DNA of 64,000 nt from Coniocarpon cinnabarinum (taxonomy: Eukaryota), in assembly GCA_051942205.1 (NCBI GenBank), contig JAVECO010000032.1, positions 62,001-126,000 of the forward strand, written 5' to 3'. Below the pieces are notes generated by a model, which was not told the DNA's origin, ran no database searches, and saw only the letters and a program-made list of their open reading frames with translations. Position 1 is the first letter of the stretch. The number at the start of each line of letters is the position of its first letter. The position numbers were made by a program, and so were the translations under genes. Positions 24,939-39,130 of the stretch are shown here, piece by piece.

Positions 24939-27900
24939 ATGTCCTCACCAACGCAAACTGCATCTACTTTCCCTGGTCGCAACCCAAGGCGGCGTGGTCG
25001 CAAAGATGGCGATGACAATGGCACTCTGCGCTCTCAGCCATTGCGCAAGCGACCAAAGACCCGTGCAAATGGCGACGTATCGAGCTCTGACCCACACCTT
25101 ACCAACGGGCACGCAACTGCGCCATCGACACAAGATCTCCCCGTCAGACAGCGAGCAAACGCTCTAGACAGTAAATCAATCGACATACTTTCTCGCAATG
25201 AGAATTTTGCCATTGGCAAGCTTCCTAGCCTGCCTAAGGAGCTCCGCAACAACCAAGAAGGCGAGTTCCTTTGCATCGTTTTTCGCAGGAACATTCTCTA
25301 ACTACATCTAGATTATCGAGGATACATTGATACTGCGTCGAGTCTCGCGCTTGCTTTGACAAAAACCACGGCTTACATTTGGAACTGTTCCGCAAGCGCA
25401 TCATCTCCGGCTACTAAATCAGTCCGGCTCCCAACTCCCACCCGGCAGGACGATCTCTTAAGCTTTGGAGCACTCGTTCATCCTGGCTCGCGTAATGGGA
25501 CAGGTCTCTTGGTCATACATCCACGATCTGGCAAAGTCACATACTGGGAAAACGTTGACAACGCCAAGGACCTTGGCCTTCTCCCACAGCGACGCGCTAG
25601 CACAGACGGCTCAGTAGGACTCTATTCAGGCGAGACAGTGACAAACGTCGAGAATGCATTCATTGCAGGTTTCGTTGTGACAACTAGCAGCAATCGAGTT
25701 GCTCAACTCCAGCTTAGAGACTCCCAATCTCGGCCTTCGATCAACGTACAATTCCTCCGAGCGCCAAGGTCAAATGGAGGTGGAAGCTTTTTAGGCGGAT
25801 TTTTGAGTGCTTTGACGACCGGCGGACTTTTGAAAGACGTGACCACGACAAGAATTCAGTCCTCCTCGATTCGTGGTCCGGTATACCTTTTTGTTGGTTC
25901 TAGACATGGTCAGCTCCAAAAGTGGATGCTCAATTGGTCAGATCCACCGGTCCTGCTTCGTGAATGGAATCAGCACGAAGTGATGTACAGACACTTACGC
26001 GACCGTCTCGAAAGTCAAATGCCGTCGACGATTCAAAGCATTGATTTATTGGACATTGCATTCCTATCGGCAGACCACGGTCAACAACCCGCCTTTGATA
26101 TTGATCTGGATGGAGCTATGCCAGTGCGACTCGTGGGTCTCTACTCTTTTGCTGGTGCTTCTTTTCGCTCCTACGCGATCAGCAGCATCACGCTTCAGCC
26201 GGATGGATCGTGTGACGCTTCAGGTGCAATCAACCTGAGTTCCTACGCTGCACCGCTCACACCGCCATCACGATGGAAACCAAAACTTTGCGTCGCTTCG
26301 CCGCACCTGACATGTTTTGTCTTCTTTGAAAAGGCAATCACTGTTGTCTCTCTAGCCAGTGTGCAGAGCGTGGATGCTGTCCTGGTGGACCAGTCTGACG
26401 TGTTTCAAGATACAACTTACTTGAAGGAGCAGGATGAGTTTCGCATCGTCGGCGCCGCTGCAGAAAGTCGAAATGAGGCAGAAGGTCAATCAACTGCCGT
26501 TATCCTTATTCCAAGTATAGGTGCACTTCAGGTTGGCGCTGAAGAACCAAGCGACTTCGACAGCGCGCTTTCAAGACATCCTGTCTCTATTCAAAGCAAA
26601 ATTGAGCAGGCCATACTTTATGGCGCGCGGCCGTCGAATCCATTTGATCTCTCACGCAGGCCGGAATTTCCACTCAATCGGGCCGAAGTCGAAGATGCTG
26701 TCACCACCATCAGTAACAAGGTGCTGACATCAGCTTATCCATCGCTAACACATGATTTCGCAACAGTAGAACAGCAGATAGACCGCCGTATCCACGTGAT
26801 AGAGCTGCTCGCGAAACATATCAAGGACAACTATTCTCAGCTGTCTCGTCTGACGCGCTGGATGCTGCTGTGGGATCGAGAGCAGCTTGGCGTGGCTCAT
26901 GTCGTCAATGATATGTTTCATGAGCAAACTGAGATGGGAAATGCCTCCACCAGTGAGCGGCGAAATCGCAAAATTCTTCTACCAGAGATGATCGAGCGCA
27001 TGCATGAAGACTTGAGATCCATCTCAATGTCGGAATGGAACAACACCGGCCACTTTCGCCACTATCTACTTTACGACACAGATAAGATGTCAAACGTCTT
27101 GAACTGGACTTACAATGGTGTCTACCATCTTGCTCAAATTCCAGAGGTTGCAGATTCCGATCAATTGCTGCAAATTGTTCACGATGCGACCAGAACGGCT
27201 TGTGCTATCATTGAGACTGCATTACAAATCCGTGAAGAATTTTTGTGGCTATATGATCTCGAGGAAGAGGTTCTTGAGGACGGTATCCTCGCTAAACCTG
27301 AGCTTTATGAAGAGTTGCCGTGCCCCTGGACGTCGACTTTCCCACAACCAACCAAAATTCACGAGCTAGTCAGCAATGCTCAGACCATTATCAGCGATGC
27401 AGCTGAAGATGAGAAAACTGACTCACTGCTTCGGACCATGGCTGCTGAGAATCCACAGCTAGTTTCTGCTTGGTGTCTCATTGCTCAAGAGCATATCCGC
27501 TGGACTGCTTCCAGGCCCCCGGGCTCACGGAAACATCAATACGAGGATTCAGCCATGCTAACGTTCAAGAGTGATCTCAGCAAGGTTTTGATGCCGCTTG
27601 CGTTGCTCGACCAAGCAGCAGCCGGATTGGCGATTGCTGAAAAATACGAGGTAATGGATGTCTTAACCACATTGGTGCGTGAAGAGTCGGGCAGTCTCGT
27701 ACGTATCCTAAACGCATTGGACCAAGCACCTCATCAACGCGAAGCGCTTAAAGTGGAGATGGATCGTCTCGCCAGGAAGGACGAGACATCCGAGAAGATC
27801 AAGAACTTAGAGCAGCGCATAGCGAAATACCACCGAGAATTTGGCTACGCATTCACCAACCCCTATTATGGTGCTTTGATTGCAAGACATTCTTACGGCT

Positions 27901-29048
27901 CTCTCCTTAAGCAAGCTTCTACTTTTCCACAGGATGTCACAACCTTTCTCCGAGCCGAGACGACTCGTCGTCCTCTTTCCTGGATCAATGACATCCTTTC
28001 TGCGCGAGATTACGCCATGGCTGGACATGTACTCGTGAATGATGCAACGACTGCAGAACAAAAGGCATGGAATCGAGGCGTGGAGCTTGGGTTCGCCAAA
28101 CTCGCAATCTTGGCTGCCGATGAAGAGGAACACCACAGTGGTCTCGCCCAAGCAGCGCCTGGACATCTGAATGACGATACTACGCGTCCAGGCTCCCATT
28201 GGCATGATCGAAGGCGCCAACAGTCACTATACCTTCTTAGCCTCCAGAATCAGCTTTGGACTCGCGTCCGCCATCTGACTTATAATGCATTGGATGAAGA
28301 GAGCAAAGTGGACCTGTTAATGGAAGCTCTCGGCGATCATCTCAGGAAGCACTCGAGAAGTCGGCTTTCAACCCTTTTAAGCGTGGCGCTTGCCAACCTA
28401 ATAGCTGATGATGCCCTAGGTGCCGAAAGTTTGGTGGACATCCTCACGCTTATAAATGATGACAATGCGCAGGAACCTGTCGACATTGGCGATGATGTTT
28501 TCTTCATGGCAATTGCTGCTGTTCGTAATGACGCAACGCTAAGCGATGAGAGGCGTGACGTTCTCACAAAGGTTTGCTGGCGAAGAGCAATGCTCTCGGA
28601 TGATTGGGCAGACATCAACAGGATAATTGCTGCAGATCGAATGGGAGACGATGCTGTACGAGAGCTTCTCAGCAGCACCGTTCTCTACAGAACTTTCCTA
28701 GAGGGCTTCAAAGCAACTGTGGAGCGTCATAAAGACTCTCAGGAGGGCGGTGGCATGCCCAATGGCGATGCAAACGATGCCCCTCTCGCCTACTTCGAGG
28801 ACATGCCAACTCCAAATCCGAGCCAATGTTTGGCAGCAGGGACAACGTTTAATGACTGGGCGCTGCGCTTTGGTGAAGACCGACGTGAGATTGGTGAGCC
28901 TCTAGCGGCTGAGTGTCAGATCGAAGGAAAATGGTTGGAGAGATCTATCAATAAGAATCAATTAGAACGCTGGTGGGAAACGTGTCGTCAAATCGCGATG
29001 GAGGACGTGAGGGAGATGGATGAGAATACCCAAAAAGACCTGGCCTGA
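24939..29048 (+). CDS. nup133: Nucleoporin Nup133
   Basis: Exon 24939-25260, GC-AG intron 25261-25311, long exon 25312-29048; beta-propeller start (GLLVIHPRSGKVTYWEN), helical C-terminus with LSWINDI and CWRRAMLSDDW typical of fungal Nup133. Confidence 0.88.
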
Positions 29049-29452
29049 GCGAATTGCTCGGACAAAGTGCTGTATAATTATTTAATTCTTGGAAAGAGAC
29101 GCTCCGTGCGTTCCTGATTTTGCTGCTCCCTCACTGGGACAGCGTGATGACCAGTTCTCAAAACACGGCACATGTTTTCTTCTGCACGAGAGTTATGCTC
29201 AGACGCCGACAGTCTGACAGTGTGTTCTGCGTTCCGGGCATGCTGTTTCCTGCTTCATCTGTCATACATCCCTCACAGGTCTTCGGCGGGACTTGGGCGT
29301 CGCTCTTCGCCAAATGAGCTCCAACAGTCCGCACTGCCGGTTCATGGCCCGTCGATCGAGTATTGATGACGCGACCTGCCTAGCCCTATGATGCACGACA
29401 ACCCAAAGCTTTTCACATCTCCAAAAAGCCTCTAAAAACACTTCCAAGATCT

Positions 29453-30232
29453 TCACGTGCCATCAGTCTCCCTTTCCACATCACCACGGACAGACTGCTC
29501 GCCCCAACCGGCCGGGTCCAGCTTTGCCATTCGCTCCAGCGAGAGCACGATGCACAGCACTGGCACGGGTCTTGGCTCTTTGAGCTTCACAGCCAGTGCC
29601 AAATGCTTGGTCGAGGAATCCAGCCGCTCAAAGAAGTGCGCGTCCTCGTCTTCCTCGTCGTTGACGATGCTGTCATCGCGCTTGCGTTTCAACGACTGAT
29701 CAACCACGTTATTCTTGGGGACCGACGCGCCGTCCTCCGCATCGGCAGCAAGGGGAGCAGCGTCTGTCTCCGACTTCACTCGCGGCTTGGGACCCTTCGG
29801 TTTTGGTGCTTGGTGGGTGAGTGACGTATATTGCCAAAGCTTTCGAGGCTTAGATGACTTTACGTCTTCAGAAGACGCAGGAAGCTGGCCATTCAGGCGG
29901 CTAGCGGTTTCGCGTTTGACAATTTCCACGATGCTGATGAGTTTGTTGGCGACTGGTGAGGTGGCCGTGAGATGGATTACAGGTGACTTGGTGGCTTGGC
30001 TACGTGAGACAGTTGAGTCGCGAGCTTCAACGGGCTTTATATCCGCTGCGGATGCTGTGCCTGTCTGATTGGATATCTGAGCCGCCTTTCTTGATACAAT
30101 TTTTTCGGAATCGGCGTCTACTGGAGGAAATAAAATGGTAAGTAGTTGGGTGACCTTTTTTTCTATCTTGGATGAGGAGATTACGTTGATGTGGTGGGTC
30201 GGAGTGATGTTAGAAGGTAGAGAACCGATCAT
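29453..30232 (-). CDS. Alba-like DNA/RNA-binding domain protein
   Basis: INVISSSKIEKKV, ANKLISIVEIVKRE, WQYT, VPVLCIVLS..GWGEQ pattern of fungal Alba-like proteins. Confidence 0.75.
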   Translation of the reverse strand: MIGSLPSNITPTHHINVISSSKIEKKVTQLLTILFPPVDADSEKIVSRKAAQISNQTGTASAADIKPVEARDSTVSRSQATKSPVIHLTATSPVANKLISIVEIVKRETASRLNGQLPASSEDVKSSKPRKLWQYTSLTHQAPKPKGPKPRVKSETDAAPLAADAEDGASVPKNNVVDQSLKRKRDDSIVNDEEDEDAHFFERLDSSTKHLALAVKLKEPRPVPVLCIVLSLERMAKLDPAGWGEQSVRGDVERETDGT

Positions 30233-30475
30233 CTCTTATTACTGCAAGTATTATTTATGCTATCTGTCATACTTGCGTTATTGATTGAATCGTAGTTTTA
30301 CATTTTGCTGGTGGTATTCCATAAGTCCGTCCGCGTTTGTGACTGAAACTGTTTCGCACCTTGCCGAAAAATGACATGACTCGCGGTGACGAATTGCGGA
30401 TTTCCTTAGATTCGAGGTGTCAATTGCACCACACCTTTGTGGATTGTCCATAGCTCATGAGCAACAGGCTAGTCG

Positions 30476-31667
30476 ATGATTTACGATGTCATCAAACGTC
30501 GAGTCCTTTCCCAAAGGCTACATTGGACCGCTTGTAGAGCTGTCAGATCGCTGAGTAGCGGCACTAGACCACGAGGCTTGCGGATTCTCTTCTGCGGCTC
30601 AGACGATTTCAGTGGGGTTGCTCTTCGGAAATTGCACGAGCAACATGTACAGCGGCAGTCAGATCTCATTGAGTCACTCAGTGTCGTTGTGAAGGCTGGC
30701 AAACCCAGTGGGAGAGGCCTGAAGCAGACTCGAGATGGTGAGCTTTGCAGACCCTAGCTTTGGACGAATCTTGACTTGCAGTACAGTCCCCATCAAGGAA
30801 CTTACAAAACAACTTGACCTCACTTGTCATGAGATTGAAACCTTTACTGGATGGGACCCACCAACTTCAGTCAATCTGATAATTGCAGTATCCTTCGGGC
30901 TAAGAGTCCCCAGTCGCCTTCTGCAACAGGCTCGGTATGGAGGACTGAATTTGCATCCATCGTTGCTCCCCGAGTACGTCTACTAAAATCAGTGGAGCTA
31001 AGTGAGCTGCCGCTAACAAGCTTGATTAAGTTTGAGTGGACCAGCGCCTCTGCATCACGCTCTTCTCCTTGGGCGCAAAACAACAGGCGTAACTCTGCAG
31101 ACACTGCATCCCAAACATTTTGATCAAGGTCAGATCATTGCACAAAAAGCCATTGACATCCCTGAAAATGGCGAGTGTACGCTGAAGGAGCTGCACGACT
31201 ATAGCGCCTCTGTCTCAGCAGATCTTTTGATTGATCAGATCACCAGTGGTGATTTCATGTATCCAGAACAACATCCAGCTGCGCTCGATCATGAACTCAC
31301 TCACGCACGCAAAGTCACTCCAGAGGATGCACGCGTTGACTGGCAGGGCTGGACTGCAGAGCGGATCCTGCGCACGCAAAGAGTTCTTGGTGCTTTGTGG
31401 AGCATTTTCACGCTTCCCAACGGACAATCGGCACGCGTGCAGTGGCATGGCTTTCGATGTGTCAAAGTCTGCCCATCTTCGAGTCAGCAATTTCTGCGCG
31501 CCGGACAACCGTTGCTCATGGATACAGCTGCAGGTCCTGGGTCCCAAGCAGCTATCTGGACTATTGACCGTCGATGTTTAAGTATAGAAACGGTGACTAT
31601 CGAGGGACGGCGAAAGCACGAGAGCGCAACTAACGGTATCCGATACTTGCTACAAATTGGAAACTGA
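30476..31667 (+). CDS. fmt1: Mitochondrial methionyl-tRNA formyltransferase
   Basis: Arg-rich targeting peptide; LRILFCGSDDFS, IAVSFG, GGLNLHPSLLP, GPAPLHHALL, TGVTLQTLHPKHFDQG; two introns. Confidence 0.9.
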
Positions 31668-33514
31668 TCTACAGCATAACGGCCTCCCGAGCTTCTATTT
31701 GATCATCCGCGCATCTCTGACACGCCTCGCGCCTCAATAGTGCCAGCTAGCAGCGGCAAAGCGTGTCCGAAATGTGTCCAACAGGCCCGTGCGGCCACGA
31801 TAGAGGCCGCCGGTATTTGATCAAGAAAAGTCTTGGCATCGACACACTCTGCTGCCGGAACGGGTAAGACGCGAGAGGGGAAAGCTATGACCTTTTGGTG
31901 CGGGAGAGCGCGTGTGGGGCTGAAGCTCATCAGAGGTACACCATTTCGCCAAAGTCAGATGTGGCCGACATTGCCACCGACGCCTAATATCTGTCCTAGA
32001 AGTGATCAGATTCAACAAGGAGTCAAGAGATGCTATCAGTCACGGAAAGCACATGACGCATACTGAGCGAGGCGTGCAAGTCAGGAATATGCAAGAGAAA
32101 ATTGTGCGTATCACGAGAAAGGACGGCCGACGGCGCTGCGTTCTTTCATTGTTGATTACTTCGCAGGGAGGAGTCAGCGCAGACGGTAAGGGCAAAGAAG
32201 GAAGCTGAGCGTGTGAGGAGGGGCTCTTGGGAAAAAGAAGACGCACGGACGCATGGACCCCGCGAACCAGAGGAGATTGAATGCGCCGGGTCACGAGTTC
32301 CAGGAGTAACCGAAGAGAGCCAAGGGCGAGGCAGAGGGCGGCGCCACTGATGTTATAAGCCAAGAGGATCAATGCGAGGCTGACTCAGACGTGCAACTCG
32401 AAGTGAGTGAATGGGTCACGGGCCTCTCTTGCGGGGGCCCATTGCAGGGCAACATTGACAATACTCATCATCACAGGTACCACACTGCATGAGCGCGTGG
32501 TAGCCCGGTCAGATCTGAACGCTGATCTCGCCGAACGCGTCGTGTCACACTGTCCTGGGAGCGATGCAGACCTTGCAGAGTCGACTTTTCGAGACCGTTG
32601 GGGTGCGGCGGGGGAGGTGCAGGGGTGAGGCGCGCATGAGGTGCACGGAATCTCCATGTGCAGGGTCTCGGACTGTTGGGTGGCCGTCTGGTGTTTGTGC
32701 TTCGGGGGTCTCCACTCCTTCGGGCGCAGATGGAGGTTGACAGCTGTGGGTGGAGCAGGGGAGCATCGCTGTCGATGGTGATTGGCGAGCCTTGTCGGTC
32801 CTGGCCAGAACGGTGGACGTGCGACGCTTTTGCCCTGCGCTGCCCGAAGAGACGAATATTCCACTCGCCGTGTCGTCGCGCATGCCGCTTCAACAGAGAG
32901 AGTACTGCAGCGACCTCGACTCGACCAGACCCGCGTACGTGCTGGGCGACACTGTCTTGCCGCTGCTTCACCTGGCCGGGCGAGGGCAGCGCACATAGTT
33001 CGTCGCCCGCCCGCACGCACGCACACTCACGATGCTCAGGCGAACCGTCGCCCGCGCTCGTCAGCACCGCCAGCGAGCTTGTAAGAGAGGATCACCGTCT
33101 TTGCCTGGTGCAGCTGGTGACGGCGAGTAATGTGTCACAGCGTAAGCCAATCCCGCCACGCCGCTCCATTCCTCACCATCCCTCACTCGTGCTCCGGCAA
33201 CCTCCAGTCGTTGTGTTCTTCTCCCTCTGCCTGCACGCTACCCACCGCCTGCTCGGGGACACTCCACCTCACTACAGCAGCCAATTACGAGCCCTTCGAC
33301 CTTTCCCCAGCATTTGCTAAGAACTTTCTTGTCCCGCCTCCGCACGCGGTGTTCTCCTCCACTATCCTCTTTTTCGCCTCACGCGCCGATTTCTATTTTA
33401 TACCTTCCTTGTCCGCCTCTTCTTCCTTTTCCTTCGTTCACCTCGTCCTCGTTATCCCCAGGTGTTGTGGGTGCAAGCTATCGTGACCCTGGCTTGACCT
33501 CGTGGCTGCCCACC

Positions 33515-35573
33515 ATGGCTACAGCTGAGAAGGACAACATCTCCTCCAGCTCCTCCGACAAGGAGAAGACGGAGGAGGTCCATGAGTATCCCACCAAGAC
33601 CGCCGACCAACCGAGTCACCTCGACAAGCTCGACACCTACGCCACCACCAACCTCAATGCCATATTTGAGAACCCTCTCGCGGGTTTGTCCCGCGAGGCT
33701 CTCATGGAGGACGTCGAGGAGTTCTGTCGCAAGTTCGACCTCATGGATCAGATCGACGCCTTCAGAAAGGGTGCTTTGGTCGCTCAGAACCCCAGCCAAA
33801 TTCGTAACATCACGGAGCTGTCCCCTGAAGATCTCAACGTCCTCGAGCGCGAGAAGACCCACAAGTGGAGCCAACCTTGGAGACTGTACTGGCTTGTTGG
33901 TATGTCGAGCACTTCACGGCGCAAGAAGTGGCTCCCAAAGCCTTGTCAACTGTTCTAACATTCCGCTCTAGCCATGTGTTCACTCGCTGCCGCCGTGCAA
34001 GGTATGGATGAAACCGCCAACAACGGCGCTGTGCCCATCTACCAACCGGTAAGGATTACTGTCACTGTACTTCAGCGTGCGCTCAAAATCTAACACTGCG
34101 CAGTACTTGAACATCCAGTCCCAAACCCCATCTGACCCAACCGAGCCTCGTGGCCGCTTCACCCAGAAAAAAGCCGACTTGCTCATTGGCCTTGTCGTGG
34201 GTGCGCCTTATCTTTCGTGCGCCGTTCTTGGTTGCTGGCTCACTGAGCCGCTCAACCGTTACTTCGCCCGTCGTGGCGCCATCTTCATCACCTGTGGTAT
34301 CGCGGCCGTCGCTTCCATTTGGGAGGGCGTCGCCAACTCCTGGGTCAACCTCTTCCTCGCTCGCTTTGTCCTTGGTCTTGGAATTGGTCCCAAGTCATCT
34401 ACAGTCCCCGTCTATTCTGCCGAATGTGCGCCAGCACCCATTCGCGGCGCTCTGGTCATGCAGTGGCAAGTCTGGACCGCGTTCGGCATCATGTTGGGTA
34501 ACATCATGGGTGTCGCTTTTGGTGGTCTCGAAGATAAGATCAGCTGGCGTCTGATGCTGGGCTCGACCGTTGTTTTGCCCCTCATCGTCATGGCTCAGGT
34601 CTTCTTCTGTCCAGAGTCGCCGAGATGGCTGATCGAGCACAACAAGATCAAGAAGGCCTTCAAGTCGTACCGTGTGATTCGATTTACTGATGTGCAAGCC
34701 GCTCGCGATCTCTACTACAGTTACGTGGGTGTCCAGCTCGAGCGTGAGGTCAACAAGGGCAAGAACCTCTTCACCATGTTTATCGAGCTCTTTACTATTC
34801 CCCGCAACCGACGCGCAACATGGGCCACGTGGATTATCATGTTTGGTCAGCAATTCTGCGGTGTCAATGTCATTGCTTACTACGCCACAAACATCTTCCT
34901 GAACGGCGGGTACAGCATGAACTCGGCTTTGCTTGCGGCTATGGGAACTGGTATCCTCAACTGGGTCTTTGCCCTACCAGCTTTCTTCACGATTGATACC
35001 TTCGGTCGTCGCAACCTGCTTTTGGTCACATTCCCGTTCCTGGCCATTTGCCTCTTCTGGACTGGATTCTCGTTCTGGCTTGACCCGCCACCCGCTGGCA
35101 CACAAGTCTCCAAGAGTAACCGACGTCTGGGCATGATCACAACTGGCATGTACCTATTTGAATGCTTCTACTCACCTGGCATGGGTCCCGTGCCCTTCTC
35201 TTACTCCGCTGAAGCGTTCCCGCTCCACGTACGAGAGGTAGGCATGTCATGGGCGACTGCCACCACCTGGTGCTTCAACTTTATCCTCGCGCTGACCTGG
35301 CCCTTGCTCCTGTCGGCGTTCAAGCCTCAAGGTGCCTTTGGCTGGTACGGGGCCTGGTGTCTCATCCTCTGGGTCCTTGTCTTCCTGTTCATGCCAGAGA
35401 CCAAGGCACTCACTCTGGAGGAATTGGACCAGGTCTTTGGCGCTCCCACTTGGAAGCACACGCGATACCAGTTCAAGAACCTCAACTGGCATGTTCAGAC
35501 CGTCTTCTTGCGCAAGAAGCTGCCCCCTCTTCCTCCCTTCTACCAGGGCGCAGAGAGGCTCAACGAGGCGTAG
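33515..35573 (+). CDS. MFS sugar-porter family transporter
   Basis: AAAVQGMDETA, VPVYSAECAP..IRGALVMQWQ, PESPRW, QQFCGVN, IDTFGRR, PETK; two introns. Confidence 0.93.
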
Positions 35574-36574
35574 CAAGTCTACGATCTGCGTTCGTTCGAG
35601 GATGCTCTTGGATTCTCAATGGCTATGATTTGGAGAATCGCGATGGAGTAAGATTACTTCATCGGAAAAGGAGACGATATACCCAGTGGAAAGCCTTCCA
35701 CGTCAGGATTGCTGACATTCTGAAAAAACGTCGCGCTATGGATTCATTCACTTGTACTCATATTGAGTTCTAGTTTCGAATTGAGATGGTCGCTTCCAGC
35801 ACCACACTTGTGACATTTGAACGTGCCATGGAGAACGTGATCGCCATTCGCCCCTTCCCGGCTTCTTGTCGCGGCTGCAAGGAAAGTGCACATCCTGAGC
35901 AGTGATCTCGTTTTCCTGTTCTGCACTCTTTATTCCGCTAGCATCATGTATTTTGTATACTTGGGGAGCCCTTTCGCGTGCCATAATGAGCTCTTTTTCG
36001 ATTGCAACAAAGCCTGATCCGAGCCGTGGCAAAATCGCTAAATGAGGGATGGTGGGTGGGGAAGGGGGAGGAAATAACTCTCTAGACGCATAATAAGAAT
36101 ATAGAAGCTACGTCCGTAGAACAAGGAGAATAGTACTTAACAGCATTAAAGAAGTTAGAGAGCGTATATATAGGCTATTTCTAGTGCTTGCGCGCTTCTA
36201 TAGTCATCTTGTCCCCGCTTCTTGATGCTCTACTAAAGCACTTGTTTTCTTTTGTAATGCGATTCGTATGTGGTGCCATTTGAAACGGCCGCAGTTTGCA
36301 ATACTAACGTGACTACTATTAGAGCGTTGGAACCCTTCTCGAAAAAGAAGGTGCGTACACCACGTGCGCCGAGCTTTGGTCTGATTTGAGAGTACTTGCA
36401 AGGAACCCTCGATGTTCAGCACAATGACGCCAGCAGCTCGGATAATGCTTGGAGAACGCCCAAAGAGATGGCAGAGGATGTGCAAGGAGGAGTTGAAGTA
36501 TACATTGGAGTATACATATTTAAGTAGCAGCAGAAACCCTGTGCCTCTTGTCCCTCAGGGTGCCCGTTTTCATC

Positions 36575-38798
36575 ATGCACGTCCCCATTGCCATTGGACT
36601 CAGCCTGCTCCAGACACACAAAGCTCTCGCTCAGGCGGCGTCAAGTGCATCCAGCTATGTGGTGCCAGCTGAGTTCCCCAGCAGTCTTTTCTCGTCTTAT
36701 TACATAGACGCTTCGCCCACTCAAGAGCCTCAGCCGGCTATCAGGGACCCTGTCCTAGACTTTGTATACCCATTGAACTTGACAGACCCGGTAAGCTCGC
36801 AACATGACAGCACGAGATTATCAAAGAGACCTTAGACTGACGTCCTGCTCTAGGCAACCATTCCTCAAAATGACACAGACCCGGCCATTCTTCCGCCGGC
36901 AGTCTCGCCAGCGCCAGACCCCGGCGCTGCATACCAGAGCGCGATTAATCAGATTCAAAGTATCGCCGCAAGCAATGGCAGCAACTGCACGAAATGCGTC
37001 GACAGCATGCAGGTCTTACAAAATCTCTCATACACCGCTCCCGAGCTCGTAGCCAACGGTCTCGTCAACACGTGCGAGACTCTGCAGTGGGAAAGCAACA
37101 GCAGTTGTCAAGGCGATTTCGACCTGTATACTTTTGGCTCAATCTGGACTCAGGTCCTTCGCTTTGCGGACATTCAAGGACTTGATGGGCGCTATATATG
37201 CCATTACGCCGCTGGGTATTGCCCGACACCCGTGCAAGATCCGCCATTAGACACAAACACACTGTTTCCGAAGCCGAAGCCCGCAAATGTTACAGCGCCC
37301 AAAGCGTCTGGTGAGCGTGTGAAGGTAAGCATCTTGCTTCATGCGCCCCTCGGGTCTAAGGTCGACCAGGCTGATCTTTAGACAGGTGCTACATATGAGC
37401 GACATACACCTTGATCCCCGGTTTGACGTTGGTAGAGAGGCGAACTGCTCGAGCTACCAATGCTGTCGGCCAAATGTGCATGCTTCTGGCACCAATGAGA
37501 CCGAGCTGCCTGCTCCTTTATATGGCGCTTACAAGTGTGACTCACCTTACTTTTTGGTCACAGGTGCACTCCAAGCGGCCCATCCCCTAACTGGCACTGT
37601 CAATAAAGGGAACTGCAGCGACACGAAAGATGATACACTAGGCTGGACGATTTATACAGGTGATCTAGTCTCGCATGACAACCAGAACCAGCTCTCCAGA
37701 CAATACACCGAGTACACGGAGACATCCATCTACTCAATGCTCTCTCAGCTCATCGGTGGGCCTATCTTCGCCACGCTCGGCAATCATGATAGCAACCCGG
37801 AGGCAATTGACGCTCCGCACAGCCTCCCTGGTGACCTTGGCAACCAACTCAGCTGGAACTACGACCATGTCGCAGGACTTTGGGAGAACGACGGCTTCAT
37901 CCCTGCCGATGCTGCAGCTCAAGCTCGCGTTCATTACGGTGGCTACTCAGTCTTGAACCAATATGGCCTGCGCATTATCGCGCTCAACACAGACTTCTGG
38001 TATACGGGCAATACATTCAACTTTTACAATGCGACGAATCCTGACAACTCTGGTACGTTACAATGGCTCATAGACGAGCTTCAATCGGCCGAAGATAACG
38101 GTGAGCGTGTTTGGATTCTGGGACACGTGCTCACTGGATGGGACGGCAGTAATCCTCTGCCAAACCCGACCAATCTCTTCTATACCATTGTCGAACGCTA
38201 TAGCCCTCATGTCATCGCAAACGCCTTTTGGGGCCACACGCATGAAGACCAGCAGATGATCTACTACGCCAACAATGGCACCAACAGGAACAACTCCCGA
38301 GGTCTGCAGGATGCCCTCACCCCTGGCTGGATCTGTCCATCAGTCACGCCACTCACCAATCTTAACTCTGGATTCCGGATGTACGAGGTTGATACAGGTA
38401 GCTTTGATATCATGGACGCATACACCTACTACAGCCCTGTGTCTTCATTTGAAGACCTCGAAGTGACCGAGACAGGCCCAACGTACCACTACGAGTATAG
38501 CACCCGAGATGCGTATGGCGCCGCGGCTGACTGGCCCAATGATGCGCCATTGAACGCCACGTTCTGGCATCAGGTGTCCGTGGGTCTGGAGAACCAAGCA
38601 AGAGCGGGTAATTTGACCCTCACAGAGCTGTTCAATACCTATCAGGGCAAATCAAGCATAAAGAGTCCGGCGTGTGACACGCTGGATTGTGCGCTGGCCA
38701 AGGTCTGCTACCTGAGGAGCGGCAGCAATCCACTTGGGAGGGAGTGTCCACAAGGTTACGGGAGCGTGCAGAGCGCCTTTGATCCCCCTAGCTCTTGA
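36575..38798 (+). CDS. Secreted acid sphingomyelinase-like metallophosphoesterase
   Basis: Signal peptide; Cys-rich saposin-like segment; SDIHLDP, YTGDLVSHD, LGNHD, GHV and GHTHED metal-binding motifs; two introns. Confidence 0.9.
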
Positions 38799-39130
38799 CG
38801 AGGCGTACTTAGCCTGTACTTATGTGATGCTGGATCTGCACGCGGGCTTGAGCTGAAACGCTCGTTTGCATTGAACTGTGCCCATTTGAGACGTCTGCCA
38901 TAGCCTCAGCTCCCTTCGTGGAGCGACTGAAGCTATGCTATGTCAAGCATATTCCAGGAGGCAAAACCAAAGAAATTAAATGCTGAGTCGATCATCACCT
39001 CAGACTCGACGCACAAGCTAGTGGGTGGCGCTAAGCCCCTTCGATCTTCGATCCCGTGCATGCTGTGCCTGCTCGATGCCTCAGGACACGCTTCATTCCT
39101 GCTCAGGCCATCGACAAAGACACCGAAATC

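Noticed and set aside
32385..33320. Several overlapping 200-aa ORFs on both strands upstream of the sugar porter
   Set aside because: GC-rich promoter/5' leader; products are Arg/Pro/Ala-rich with no domain, start context or consistent codon bias.
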